IMG/VR virus record: IMGVR_UViG_3300045988_034366
DNA: 64,000 nucleotides
Origin: a virus
Strand: one strand, 5' to 3'
The first letter of the stretch is position 1, and each line of letters starts with the position of its first letter. Shown one piece after another: positions 40,710 through 49,771 of this stretch. A program made the position numbers and the translations under genes. The notes beneath the pieces were generated by a model, which did not search any database, was not told the origin of the DNA, and was given only the letters and a program-made list of their open reading frames with translations.

Positions 40710-40933
40710 ACTTTCTCCTTTCTTATTTTATTCCTTCTTATGAACTCATCAAGAGTTTTCTTATCCCATGATAATTCTTTGAAACCTGCTTCGTGTTTAC
40801 CTCTGGGTAAGTAACCTTCCCTAACATAGTTGTCAAAGGTTGCTCTACTTACATTTAAGTATTCACAGGCAGCATACTTGCTTAATCTCTTCTCCTTATC
40901 AGTAAACCTCTTTAAGCTATCTACTATCTCCAT
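40706..40933 (-). CDS. Helix-turn-helix DNA-binding protein (excisionase/MerR-like, 75 aa)
   Basis: LSKYAACEYLNVSRATFDNYVREGYLP is a typical HTH_17/AlpA-like segment. Confidence 0.55.
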   Translation of the reverse strand: MEIVDSLKRFTDKEKRLSKYAACEYLNVSRATFDNYVREGYLPRGKHEAGFKELSWDKKTLDEFIRRNKIRKEKV

Positions 40934-40969
40934 AGCTAGGCTTTGCTCTACCTGTTCTTCTTGCCATAA

Positions 40970-41440
40970 TTATAAGATTTTAATTGTTATTTTTTCACCT
41001 TTATCATGCTTGTCTTTAAGGAGTTTGTATAGCTCCTTAAAAGTTTCTTTGCTGTTTATTACTTGACCTTTAACTTTATTAACACCTACTAATAAGCATC
41101 CTGCTGAATCTTTATCAGTATTACCAGCATGAATAAGTATGCCTTCAAAGCCTTTTACATTAAGTAGTCTAGGTAGTTTACTATTGCATACTTGCTTATA
41201 GAAGGGTTTAGTACAGAATCTAGGAGAAATAACATCTAATGTAACTTCATAAGTACCTCTTGGAATAGCAGTAATTGAAGGCTTTTTCAGCTTCCTAATC
41301 TCTGCTATTGACATAGAATCATCTAACCCTCTGTCTGTGTCTTCAAGTACATTGCAGAACCACTTGCCATCTATAGTAAGATTACTTATGGTGTAGCCCT
41401 GCTTCTTCCATTTTCTGTCCACTACTAATTTCATGCTCAT
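40970..41440 (-). CDS. Putative peptidoglycan-acting enzyme (YkuD-like H..S.GC motif; endolysin candidate, 156 aa)
   Basis: GILIHAGNTDKDSAGCLLVG resembles the His / Ser-x-Gly-Cys catalytic pattern of L,D-transpeptidase-fold proteins. Adjacent to two membrane proteins. Confidence 0.4.
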   Translation of the reverse strand: MSMKLVVDRKWKKQGYTISNLTIDGKWFCNVLEDTDRGLDDSMSIAEIRKLKKPSITAIPRGTYEVTLDVISPRFCTKPFYKQVCNSKLPRLLNVKGFEGILIHAGNTDKDSAGCLLVGVNKVKGQVINSKETFKELYKLLKDKHDKGEKITIKIL

Positions 41441-41759
41441 TAAAAAGGTTTAAGTTTCTCTTTCTCAATTGGCAGGTAAGGTCTGTACATATAGAACTCA
41501 TAAGATGAAACATTTGTTTTCTAAGTTCTCCTACTTCTTGTTCTAATCCTGAATTTCTCTTTAGTACCTCTTCCAGCCTTTCTCTATTATCTGATGACAG
41601 CTTCTCATAAAAGTCCAATGATTCTTTCATGTTGCTTATGAGATTGCTATCAACCTCACTATCATATTTCTTTCTTGCAAAGAACCATGATGTCCAGCCA
41701 CTAACTATAGTGGTAATAAGTCCAATGCACCCAGTGATTAGTATTCCTAAGTCAATCAT
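41382..41759 (-). CDS. N-terminal TM + coiled-coil protein (holin/spanin-like, 125 aa)
   Basis: The MIDLGILITGCIGLITTIVSGWTSWFFA TM segment is followed by a charged helical region. Confidence 0.45.
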   Translation of the reverse strand: MIDLGILITGCIGLITTIVSGWTSWFFARKKYDSEVDSNLISNMKESLDFYEKLSSDNRERLEEVLKRNSGLEQEVGELRKQMFHLMSSICTDLTCQLRKRNLNLFNEHEISSGQKMEEAGLHHK

Positions 41760-41761
41760 GC

Positions 41762-42376
41762 TTATTTTACAATTTCTATGAATCTATGTTGCTTGTTCTC
41801 GATATAGGGGTTCTTCTCCACGACTTCTACTCTAACCACTTTATGCTTCTTTTGAAATAGTCTAAATAACCAACATTTCTTTGGAGGATTTATAGTTTCT
41901 TTCTTATAATTTACTATTACATATTTCTCACTAATAAACTTGGGAGTGGTAACAATGGTGCTAGGATATTTAAGTTCAAGTCCTATTTGATACCATTTAT
42001 CACCAAGTAATGTATCTATGTGCAGTGTAGGCTCTCTGAATATAGTATCTCTGAACTCAATTGTATCAGTCTTTGATGCTTCAGAGAGCATATATTGCAT
42101 AGCTTTTAGGTTCTTATCCTTTATCTCTAGCTCCTTCCTAACCCCATCCATCTTCTGTAAGATGGAATCATTATAGTAACTGAGCTGCTCTACTGTCAGT
42201 TGAAATACTCTAGCATCATTCTTCAATGATGAGTTTTCATCAGAATATGCCTTTATATTAGCAGCAGCAGTTGATAAGTCCTTTTTTAACTCTCTGTTAT
42301 TATGGATTAGTATAGAGATAGAGGCAATTAATATAGCCCCTATCCCTATGACTATCCAGTTCAGTATTTTATTCAT
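41762..42376 (-). CDS. N-terminal TM + coiled-coil + beta-domain protein (spanin-like, 204 aa)
   Basis: The NWIVIGIGAILIASISILI TM segment is followed by a coiled coil. Confidence 0.45.
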   Translation of the reverse strand: MNKILNWIVIGIGAILIASISILIHNNRELKKDLSTAAANIKAYSDENSSLKNDARVFQLTVEQLSYYNDSILQKMDGVRKELEIKDKNLKAMQYMLSEASKTDTIEFRDTIFREPTLHIDTLLGDKWYQIGLELKYPSTIVTTPKFISEKYVIVNYKKETINPPKKCWLFRLFQKKHKVVRVEVVEKNPYIENKQHRFIEIVK

Positions 42377-42792
42377 TATTTTTCATCTGCAAAAGGTGGA
42401 GTATTACCATCTACGAATGGAGGTATTGTGCTCATAGTATGTGAATTATAATCATATAAAGTAATTAGGGCAATACTTGGTATGTCAGATATGCGTGTAG
42501 ATAAATCAAATAAAAAGTATTTATTTGACTCATCCTCTGTAGTTTCTATAGGATAGAGGGAATACTGGCCATCATAATCACCATCAAACCCTATTTCTGC
42601 AACTATAGTATCTTTAGAATTAGATGTCTTAGGTCTAATTACAGCTAAATATTTTTCAGTAGATGTGGGAGGCTCTATATTTGTGGTTTCACCGAAATCA
42701 CATGTATAATGAATCTCACTAGGAGAGAGGTTATTTAAATGGTGTTGTACCAGGCTGTGGGGTAGATGTAGTACTAGTAGTAGTAGCATCAT
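42376..42792 (-). CDS. Beta-rich module ORF (138 aa), possibly the C-terminal part of the upstream Thr-linker protein
   Basis: Its only start codons (ATGATG) lie inside the upstream gene's poly-Thr coding run, 62 nt before that gene's stop, in the +1 frame. Confidence 0.4.
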   Translation of the reverse strand: MMLLLLVLHLPHSLVQHHLNNLSPSEIHYTCDFGETTNIEPPTSTEKYLAVIRPKTSNSKDTIVAEIGFDGDYDGQYSLYPIETTEDESNKYFLFDLSTRISDIPSIALITLYDYNSHTMSTIPPFVDGNTPPFADEK

Positions 42793-43330
42793 ATTTATAG
42801 AGCTGTATATTCAGGTCAATAGTAGATAATGCAGCTGATGCACTATATTCAATAGTGCAGTCATTTCCATTATCTATGATGATATTTTGATTAATAGTAT
42901 CATCTCCCATTTTACCCAGTATTGCCACCCTAATGGCATCTACAGTATCATGTAAGTTTACTGATTGTACCCTTAATGAAAAAAATCCTCCTCTACTGTT
43001 AGGTAAAATTTCAAAGTATGTAGTTCCATTAGGCTCTATACTTTTGCTAACAGGTTCTGCTACTGAGGTAGTAGCAACAATATTTACCTTATCAGCTAGG
43101 GTACTACTTATTCTTACTCCAAATGGTGTTGTCGGTACTGTAGGTTCTGGGGTTGAAGAAGTAGTAGTTGTAGGAGGTACTACAGGCTTAGGAGTAGTAG
43201 TTGGTGATAAGGCTTGGGAATATATCTCTTCCCAGCCATTAGGCCCAAACCACTTTAGCTTCCCATTATAAAACCAAAGATGTTCCTTATTAGGTTCAAC
43301 ATTGCTTTCCACAATAGTTACATTTCTCAT
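42731..43330 (-). CDS. Virion surface protein with conserved N-terminal anchor motif and two Thr/Pro linkers (199 aa)
   Basis: N-terminus NVEPNKEHLWFYNGKLKWFGPNGWEE. Linkers: TTTPKPVVPPTTTTSSTPEPTVPTTP and a terminal ATTTSTTSTPQPGTTPFK. Confidence 0.55.
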   Translation of the reverse strand: MRNVTIVESNVEPNKEHLWFYNGKLKWFGPNGWEEIYSQALSPTTTPKPVVPPTTTTSSTPEPTVPTTPFGVRISSTLADKVNIVATTSVAEPVSKSIEPNGTTYFEILPNSRGGFFSLRVQSVNLHDTVDAIRVAILGKMGDDTINQNIIIDNGNDCTIEYSASAALSTIDLNIQLYKYDATTTSTTSTPQPGTTPFK

Positions 43331-44621
43331 AACTTATATTGTTTTTCATTGTTAATCTATATTGTGCTATAGGAAGGTACAGCATATTCTTCAAATCCAT
43401 GCACCTAATATCAATGTAGTCCTCATATACATCAACTATAGCACCTTCACTTTCCAAAGGTTTAGTTACTCTAGCACCTGATGTATTAGGCTGCCCATTG
43501 CTATCTATAGGACTTGCACATCCTGATACATGGACACAATAGCTGCCTTCCTGCTCATTCTGATAGACATTTTCTGTAGCTTGGTACTTTTGTAGATACC
43601 ATTTCCAATGGGAATGTCCACTGAACCATACAGTATTAGAATATGTCTTACAGAGATTTTCTAGTTTAGTTAGTTGTTCTCCCTGTAGCCAGTTTCCTTG
43701 TGGGTAAATCTTCAACAGATTTCCTGCTCTATCAGGGAAAAACAAATGGGTTATGACAAAGCATTTCTCTTCTTTATATGCTTCAAGTCTCTCTGCTAGC
43801 CATTTTATATCCTCATCCTTATAAGGTTTACCATCAGTGCCTAAGCTCCAATAGTACATACCTAAGAATAGGAAATGGAATGGGATGCCATCTACAGTAT
43901 GGGTAAACTCATATGTAGGCTCACATCCTGTATATTTCTTCCACCTCTCTACATTTAACCCAGATTGGGCATCATGATTACCTGGTGTAGCATATACTGG
44001 AGTATTGGGTGAACTCTCTTGCACATTCTTCTGATAAATGCTGAACCCTCTCTCAGAGGCACTATTGGTAAGGTCTCCTGATATGCAGGTAAATGATACT
44101 GACTGCTTATCATTGAAGAACTTTAATGCTCTCTGAATATCTTCTGTAGGCTCTGCTGACTCATCAGAGCTATTATGCACATCACTTAGTAAGCCAAACC
44201 TAAATAGTCTTTTACCATATTTAGGCTTGAATTGTCCTAACTCTATATGTCCTACCCTAACTCCCTTAGCATTATACACACCTATAGCATGAGCTGAATA
44301 GGGAGCTATGTTAAACTTTACAAGTTCATTATAAGTACTGGAGTTGGGCATTTGGCAAATCTCAGCCCAATTATCCAGCACTATTCCCTTATCATCCTCA
44401 TACTTTAAGAAATATGTATCTTGTGGTAAGCTACCACTCAAAGCTATTTTGTGTGTTTCAGCATCAATAGACCCTACTATATTATCTTCTAACATAGAGA
44501 AATACTTGAGGCTTTCCCACCCATTTGGACCATAATACTTAATCAGGCCATTATTTAGCCATAAGACATTTTTATCTAAAGGCTCATTACTTGACCAGAC
44601 TATGTCTCTAATTATTTTCAT
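43296..44621 (-). CDS. Calcineurin-like metallophosphoesterase with the same N-terminal virion-anchor motif (441 aa)
   Basis: The motif set SDVHNS, SGDLT, GNHD, ITHL, GHSHW is complete. N-terminus SNEPLDKNVLWLNNGLIKYYGPNGWES parallels the next gene. Confidence 0.7.
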   Translation of the reverse strand: MKIIRDIVWSSNEPLDKNVLWLNNGLIKYYGPNGWESLKYFSMLEDNIVGSIDAETHKIALSGSLPQDTYFLKYEDDKGIVLDNWAEICQMPNSSTYNELVKFNIAPYSAHAIGVYNAKGVRVGHIELGQFKPKYGKRLFRFGLLSDVHNSSDESAEPTEDIQRALKFFNDKQSVSFTCISGDLTNSASERGFSIYQKNVQESSPNTPVYATPGNHDAQSGLNVERWKKYTGCEPTYEFTHTVDGIPFHFLFLGMYYWSLGTDGKPYKDEDIKWLAERLEAYKEEKCFVITHLFFPDRAGNLLKIYPQGNWLQGEQLTKLENLCKTYSNTVWFSGHSHWKWYLQKYQATENVYQNEQEGSYCVHVSGCASPIDSNGQPNTSGARVTKPLESEGAIVDVYEDYIDIRCMDLKNMLYLPIAQYRLTMKNNISYEKCNYCGKQC

Positions 44622-47047
44622 TTTGTACTATTTGAGCTATTAGACCTGTTCTTAGCCTGCCTTAGACTAATCTTGTCTTTAAGCTGGTTATCTTCTCTAT
44701 GCTTGTCTTTATCAAATGCCAACTTCTCTCTGTCCAATTTGAGTCTTTCATCAAATTGTCTCATTTTCTCTAGGAGATTTGCTCTAGCTTCTTCACTAAA
44801 TTCAGGCTCTATGACACCATCTTCTTCACCTTCGCTGCTAGCATTGATTTGGGCAATGAGAATTTTAGTTTCATTATCTCTTTGGTTAAGAGCATCTTCT
44901 TGCTGCATCTTAGCTTGCTCCAATTGTGCTTTTTGCTCAATTTCTTGCTGCTGTATTTGAGCTTGCTGCTGTTGAGCTTGGGCTTGCCTCTCTTGGATAT
45001 TTCTCTCATCCTTTTCAACAAGTCTCTGCTTCTCAGCAAGTGAAGATGAACTAAACAGCTTCATAATAGTAGAGAAAGACAATGTTTGATTCTGTAGAGC
45101 TGCCTGTGCTAAGGTATCAAGTTTCTGATTAAGCTCTTGCATACCATTGCTGTTGTCTACCACAAGACCATAGTCAGCTTCTGCAAACTCATCTCCATCT
45201 ATGTCCACTATTCTCTGAGAGTTATCAGATAATATATAGGAGAATTTCTTACTTCTGCCTCTTAGTGCAATCTTTGCTGTCTCTAAGAAGCACTCTAATG
45301 CTCTCTTCTTTACATCCTCATGAACTACAAATAGCCACTCGGTAATATGAGAAGATTGTAATGTAGCTCTTTCTACTCCACCTACAGTCTCTCTATTACT
45401 TATTTGGCCTTCTCTTTGCTTGGTGATACCAGCAACTTCAGCCATTTCCATCTTGATAAATTCAAGGAGATTGATATACTGCTGTATCTGATTTCCATCG
45501 GAAGCTGCAATAACTCCAGTAGAGGCATTATTCAATGCTCCAGCAAGTTTGCCTGTAGCAGCACCTATATTACCTTCATTGAAGCTATCTTCAACTGCAA
45601 GACCCATTGTCTTTGCATAGTATAGCCACTTTTCTACATCCCATCCTTTAGGTTTCTTAGCAAAGTCAAGTCTAACCAATGACCCCCAGTTCCTAGCTAT
45701 CAACTTATTCAGTCTATCATGTATAGCATCATACAGATAATTGTATGGCTTCATCATATCTACTAAGCTGAAAGGTCTAGTATCATTAAGGTTATAGATA
45801 GAGCCAACTATCCCAAAGTGACACCTTGAAGGATTACTCAGTCTATTATACTGAACTATCCTTGGTCTCATATTGACATAAATGTCAGTACCTATTTTAG
45901 TTCCCTCCCATGCCTCGTTGATGTAGAATATCTGCTCTTCCTCTCCAGCATCCTTATCTATAACATAAGTTTCTGGGTAGAAGTTAAATACTTCTTCTCC
46001 AGTCTGAGGGTCATAGCTTCTTACTTTCTTAATCCTTCTTCTTGATTTCCAATATACTCTAAGTACTCTCAAGTTCCCAGCCATATCATAAGGTAAGAGA
46101 GAGTTATTTACTCCATCATAAGCACCCATAGGGTCCCAAAAGAAGCCTTCAGTACTCATCTCATCTCCTATCATATGATTATTGACAAAGCCATATCTTT
46201 CGTCAATGTTGTCCATTGAGTCTACAGCATCCTGTCCTACATGGTCAGGCATCTTTTCTATATACTCCATGTCCTTCTTTGTCAATACATCATAGAAAGT
46301 ATCAATTACTTGTGCAGGAGACCAATAGTCCTCAAGGACTATCATGTCAGCATCTTCTATTCTGTTGCTGTAGCCTCCTTTAAATATTCTTACCTTGAGT
46401 GGATTGAGTTTCTTAATGATGGGTTCTCCGCCAACTATGTCACATTGGTAGATTTCTTCACCAACTGCCATAGCATCCATGAACCCTTGGTTAAACATAA
46501 GAGGGATATTATACTCCTTAATGTAATGATTAAGAAGGGCATTAGCCCTAATCTCCCTCATATCTTGCCACTCATAGGTATAATAGTCATTTATTCTTTC
46601 AAGCTCTTGGTTTGCCTCTTCTTCAGATTGGGCAGTATTTGATACCCATTCCTGTAATCTTTGCAGTAGTTCTTGCTTCTTATTGTTCTCAATCTCTGTA
46701 ATAGCATTAGGATTGGTTACTACAACCTTAAAGTCAAATACTCTTTTACTTTCCTCACCACTTAACACTCTTAACTTGCTATTGATGATAGGATAGTGCT
46801 GTATTCTATCAGGAATAAATCCTGCTTGTAGATTATCAGGATTCAGTATCATCTCAAGGTCACTCATGTGGAGTTTACCATTGAGTAAGTCATAGTTTAT
46901 TTTCTTATGGATTACAGATTTTCTGACTAAACTATAATTGAAGAAGGTCTTACTGTCTGCCCAATCCAAGTGCTTCTTCCTCCAAGCCTTATTTTTCTTA
47001 CTAAAGGGGAGTTGCTGTGGAGGCAAATTTATCATTTCATATCCCAT
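44618..47047 (-). CDS. Portal protein candidate (809 aa from ATG 47047)
   Basis: Directly downstream of the terminase gene; size and Q/E-rich C-terminal coiled coil fit. The listed start at 47098 is GTG and lies upstream of a -7 box (47070-47077), so MGYEMINLPP is preferred. Confidence 0.6.
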   Translation of the reverse strand: MGYEMINLPPQQLPFSKKNKAWRKKHLDWADSKTFFNYSLVRKSVIHKKINYDLLNGKLHMSDLEMILNPDNLQAGFIPDRIQHYPIINSKLRVLSGEESKRVFDFKVVVTNPNAITEIENNKKQELLQRLQEWVSNTAQSEEEANQELERINDYYTYEWQDMREIRANALLNHYIKEYNIPLMFNQGFMDAMAVGEEIYQCDIVGGEPIIKKLNPLKVRIFKGGYSNRIEDADMIVLEDYWSPAQVIDTFYDVLTKKDMEYIEKMPDHVGQDAVDSMDNIDERYGFVNNHMIGDEMSTEGFFWDPMGAYDGVNNSLLPYDMAGNLRVLRVYWKSRRRIKKVRSYDPQTGEEVFNFYPETYVIDKDAGEEEQIFYINEAWEGTKIGTDIYVNMRPRIVQYNRLSNPSRCHFGIVGSIYNLNDTRPFSLVDMMKPYNYLYDAIHDRLNKLIARNWGSLVRLDFAKKPKGWDVEKWLYYAKTMGLAVEDSFNEGNIGAATGKLAGALNNASTGVIAASDGNQIQQYINLLEFIKMEMAEVAGITKQREGQISNRETVGGVERATLQSSHITEWLFVVHEDVKKRALECFLETAKIALRGRSKKFSYILSDNSQRIVDIDGDEFAEADYGLVVDNSNGMQELNQKLDTLAQAALQNQTLSFSTIMKLFSSSSLAEKQRLVEKDERNIQERQAQAQQQQAQIQQQEIEQKAQLEQAKMQQEDALNQRDNETKILIAQINASSEGEEDGVIEPEFSEEARANLLEKMRQFDERLKLDREKLAFDKDKHREDNQLKDKISLRQAKNRSNSSNSTK

Positions 47048-47069
47048 ATTCTTCAATATATTTGTTGTG

Positions 47070-47077
47070 CAAAGGTA
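47070..47077 (-). promoter_or_regulatory. Bacteroidota-type -7 box (TACCTTTGCAC) in front of the portal gene
   Basis: TAnnTTTG match about 22 nt upstream of the ATG at 47047. Confidence 0.5.
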
Positions 47078-47145
47078 ACTAAAATAGTTAATCTGCACAA
47101 GACTATAAATGATTTACTAAGCAATACGCCCTATTTTTACTAAAT

Positions 47146-49446
47146 TTACTGCCTGAATCTAGAATCATAGTTTCTCTTGAAGAATGGGTCATTCCCATCA
47201 TAGCTACTATTAGCTTTTTCTTGCTTCTCTTTGCTAACATCTCCCTGATACCTTATCATTCTATCTTCTCTTAGGAGCATCAGCATACCCATAGCAGATA
47301 TTCTATCAAAGTTGCCTTCAGAGTTATAATTGATAAGCTCTTTAAGTAATGCTCTATTCCTCACAGTAAATAGCCTAGGTACTAGTACTTCTTTCTCCTC
47401 CCCATCAATAGTCTGCATAATAGGAACTGGAGATAATAGCCAGCTTCTTAATCTGCTTCTTGCATAGGCATTGATGGCAGGAGAGGCATTAGTACCCTTT
47501 GATTTATTACCATAGCCTTCCTTCATCATTTGCTTTTCTTTCAAGAAATCTAATACATCAGTAAGTAGGTATAAACTATTCCTTGTAGAGAAGTGGGAAA
47601 ATAGACCTTTCTTGTTATACTCATAATTTAGCCTGCCATTGTAAAATAAGCACAGCTTTCTACAAATCTCATAATAGTCATCTGCATAGAGAGGTCTTCC
47701 AGTGTATTCAGCCACTATCCTATCTGTCCATAAGTCTAATACAAAAATTGAACCCAAAGACATAGTATTTGACTCATCATCATCATAAGGGTCAGCTCCT
47801 AATATATATCTATCATTAAATGGTTTGCCTGTATTCTTATCAATCTTAGGCATTTGGTATATCTCAATAGCACCCTCAATCTTATTATCCTTATGGGGAA
47901 AGTCTCTGATAGGCTGTGCAGAAGTAGGCTTATATTCTATCTGACCTTCTTTGTTAAATACTAAATCTCCAACATAGACATCATCATACTCTGTAGGATT
48001 AGCATCTAATTGACCTAATCTTTCAGTCAAGTCAGCTACAGGGAACATATTTACACCTGTTTTGACAATAGCCTCAGCAGGGGTAATAGGGACTTCAGCA
48101 ATAGTCTTAATGATAGTATTAGGGTCAGTAGAGTTATACTTTACCCTATATCTATTCATAAGAATCTCAATAAGAGCTTTGATTACATCAGATACACCAT
48201 CCTCATTATAGCATCCTTTTCTATTTACATAGCCAGGGAAAAAGAAAACAAAGTAAGGTTTACCTTGATTAAATTTATCATATACATTAGGTATGGCATA
48301 CATATTATAACCCTTTGGGTTATACATAATTTCCTGAGCACCAGCAAAGTCTGATTCATTATCACCAGCAGTACCCAACATATAGATTTGACCAAAGACA
48401 ATATCACCTTCCTGTACTGAAGGCAGCAATACATTATATAGGTCTACAAGTCTTGGAAATGTACCAAACTCTTCAATAAGGATTTTGGCAGCTCTCTTAC
48501 CTCTCAACTTAGATTCATCATCCTTAGATGATACACCAAGTACTGTATTCTGAGTACCCCTTTCAATGTCCAACTCTACATCCTTATACCCCATTATCCA
48601 TGTCATTTCCTGCAAAGAGTTCTTTAATCTCTTTCTTGGAAACTGGGTATTAGTTGCACAGAAATTAGCCATATCTACAAACTTATTAAGAACACCATCC
48701 TTAGTAAGGTACTCCTTCTGATAGGCAGTTACTATACCTTTTACCTTATCATGTGCTTCCTCATTCTCACCTACCACAAAGATATGGTTAAGAATAGAAG
48801 CAAGACTATATGACTTACCTTTACCTCTGGAGGCAAGTTCTGCCATGTGTTGCCCACCATCAAAGTTATTATATAGACCTCCATTAGATGCTTGGTCTAG
48901 ACAATGGAATCTCCAGTAGATGCCTTCCCAACATTCAGGAAGTGCTTCTATTCTATCAGCTCTTTTGGACTTTCTCTTTTTACCATTCTTATCCTTATAC
49001 TCTCTAATCTTAGAGAGCATCATAGGAGAGTAATTAAGAAACCAGTACATATAACCTGTAACCCATTCCCCATCGCTTTCCCTCACATAGCCTTCCCAGA
49101 TTCTTCTTCTCTCCTCTCTTATCCACTTGCCATATTCACTATTAGGATTAGCATTAGGTCTGAGGTTAGTAAATGTACCATATTTCTCATAATGTAGAGC
49201 AGATGGTCTGAAATAGTCCATATTCTCAAGTATGTGAGGATTAGCTAAGTCCACAATGATTCTACCTCTATCATCTCTTGGTCTATCCTTAGCATGCTCT
49301 CTTGTAGGACTTATTAGCCTTTTGACAAATTCTACATTATTTATAATATCAAACAATTGGTCCTGAACCTCCTGAGGAAGGCTATTAACCAATTCCTCAG
49401 TCAGCTCAGTCTGATATTCATTCATTGGTATCTTCTGAAACTCCAT
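47146..49446 (-). CDS. terL: Terminase large subunit (766 aa)
   Basis: Walker A-like ELASRGKGKSYS and Walker B-like AAKILIEEFG. Size and position next to the portal gene fit. Confidence 0.7.
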   Translation of the reverse strand: MEFQKIPMNEYQTELTEELVNSLPQEVQDQLFDIINNVEFVKRLISPTREHAKDRPRDDRGRIIVDLANPHILENMDYFRPSALHYEKYGTFTNLRPNANPNSEYGKWIREERRRIWEGYVRESDGEWVTGYMYWFLNYSPMMLSKIREYKDKNGKKRKSKRADRIEALPECWEGIYWRFHCLDQASNGGLYNNFDGGQHMAELASRGKGKSYSLASILNHIFVVGENEEAHDKVKGIVTAYQKEYLTKDGVLNKFVDMANFCATNTQFPRKRLKNSLQEMTWIMGYKDVELDIERGTQNTVLGVSSKDDESKLRGKRAAKILIEEFGTFPRLVDLYNVLLPSVQEGDIVFGQIYMLGTAGDNESDFAGAQEIMYNPKGYNMYAIPNVYDKFNQGKPYFVFFFPGYVNRKGCYNEDGVSDVIKALIEILMNRYRVKYNSTDPNTIIKTIAEVPITPAEAIVKTGVNMFPVADLTERLGQLDANPTEYDDVYVGDLVFNKEGQIEYKPTSAQPIRDFPHKDNKIEGAIEIYQMPKIDKNTGKPFNDRYILGADPYDDDESNTMSLGSIFVLDLWTDRIVAEYTGRPLYADDYYEICRKLCLFYNGRLNYEYNKKGLFSHFSTRNSLYLLTDVLDFLKEKQMMKEGYGNKSKGTNASPAINAYARSRLRSWLLSPVPIMQTIDGEEKEVLVPRLFTVRNRALLKELINYNSEGNFDRISAMGMLMLLREDRMIRYQGDVSKEKQEKANSSYDGNDPFFKRNYDSRFRQ

Positions 49447-49771
49447 TATATTCTCCCTTTATAACTGCTTCATAAAAATCAGAGCCTATCCAATTAAATA
49501 TAAGATGACATAATTCAGTATTTATATACTGTTGCATAGACTCCTCTTGCCCTTCTAGTACTTTAGCAGAATGGCTAAGTGAAATAACTATATGCCTATT
49601 CTTTCCTTTGACAAACCATAGGACAGCCTTATATGTTTTATAGACTTTGAAAGTAGGATGAGGTTCTACTACTCTTTGCAATACTAAGTGCCCTTTAGAT
49701 GAAATATCTCTCTCACTTCTCCTATCTTCAATATGCCTATTAAGTCCTTCTACTATATCTTCAGCTCTCAT
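49418..49771 (-). CDS. Hypothetical protein overlapping the terminase start (117 aa)
   Basis: ATG ORF with a 29-nt overlap with terL. A small-terminase role would be speculation. Confidence 0.5.
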   Translation of the reverse strand: MRAEDIVEGLNRHIEDRRSERDISSKGHLVLQRVVEPHPTFKVYKTYKAVLWFVKGKNRHIVISLSHSAKVLEGQEESMQQYINTELCHLIFNWIGSDFYEAVIKGEYNGVSEDTNE

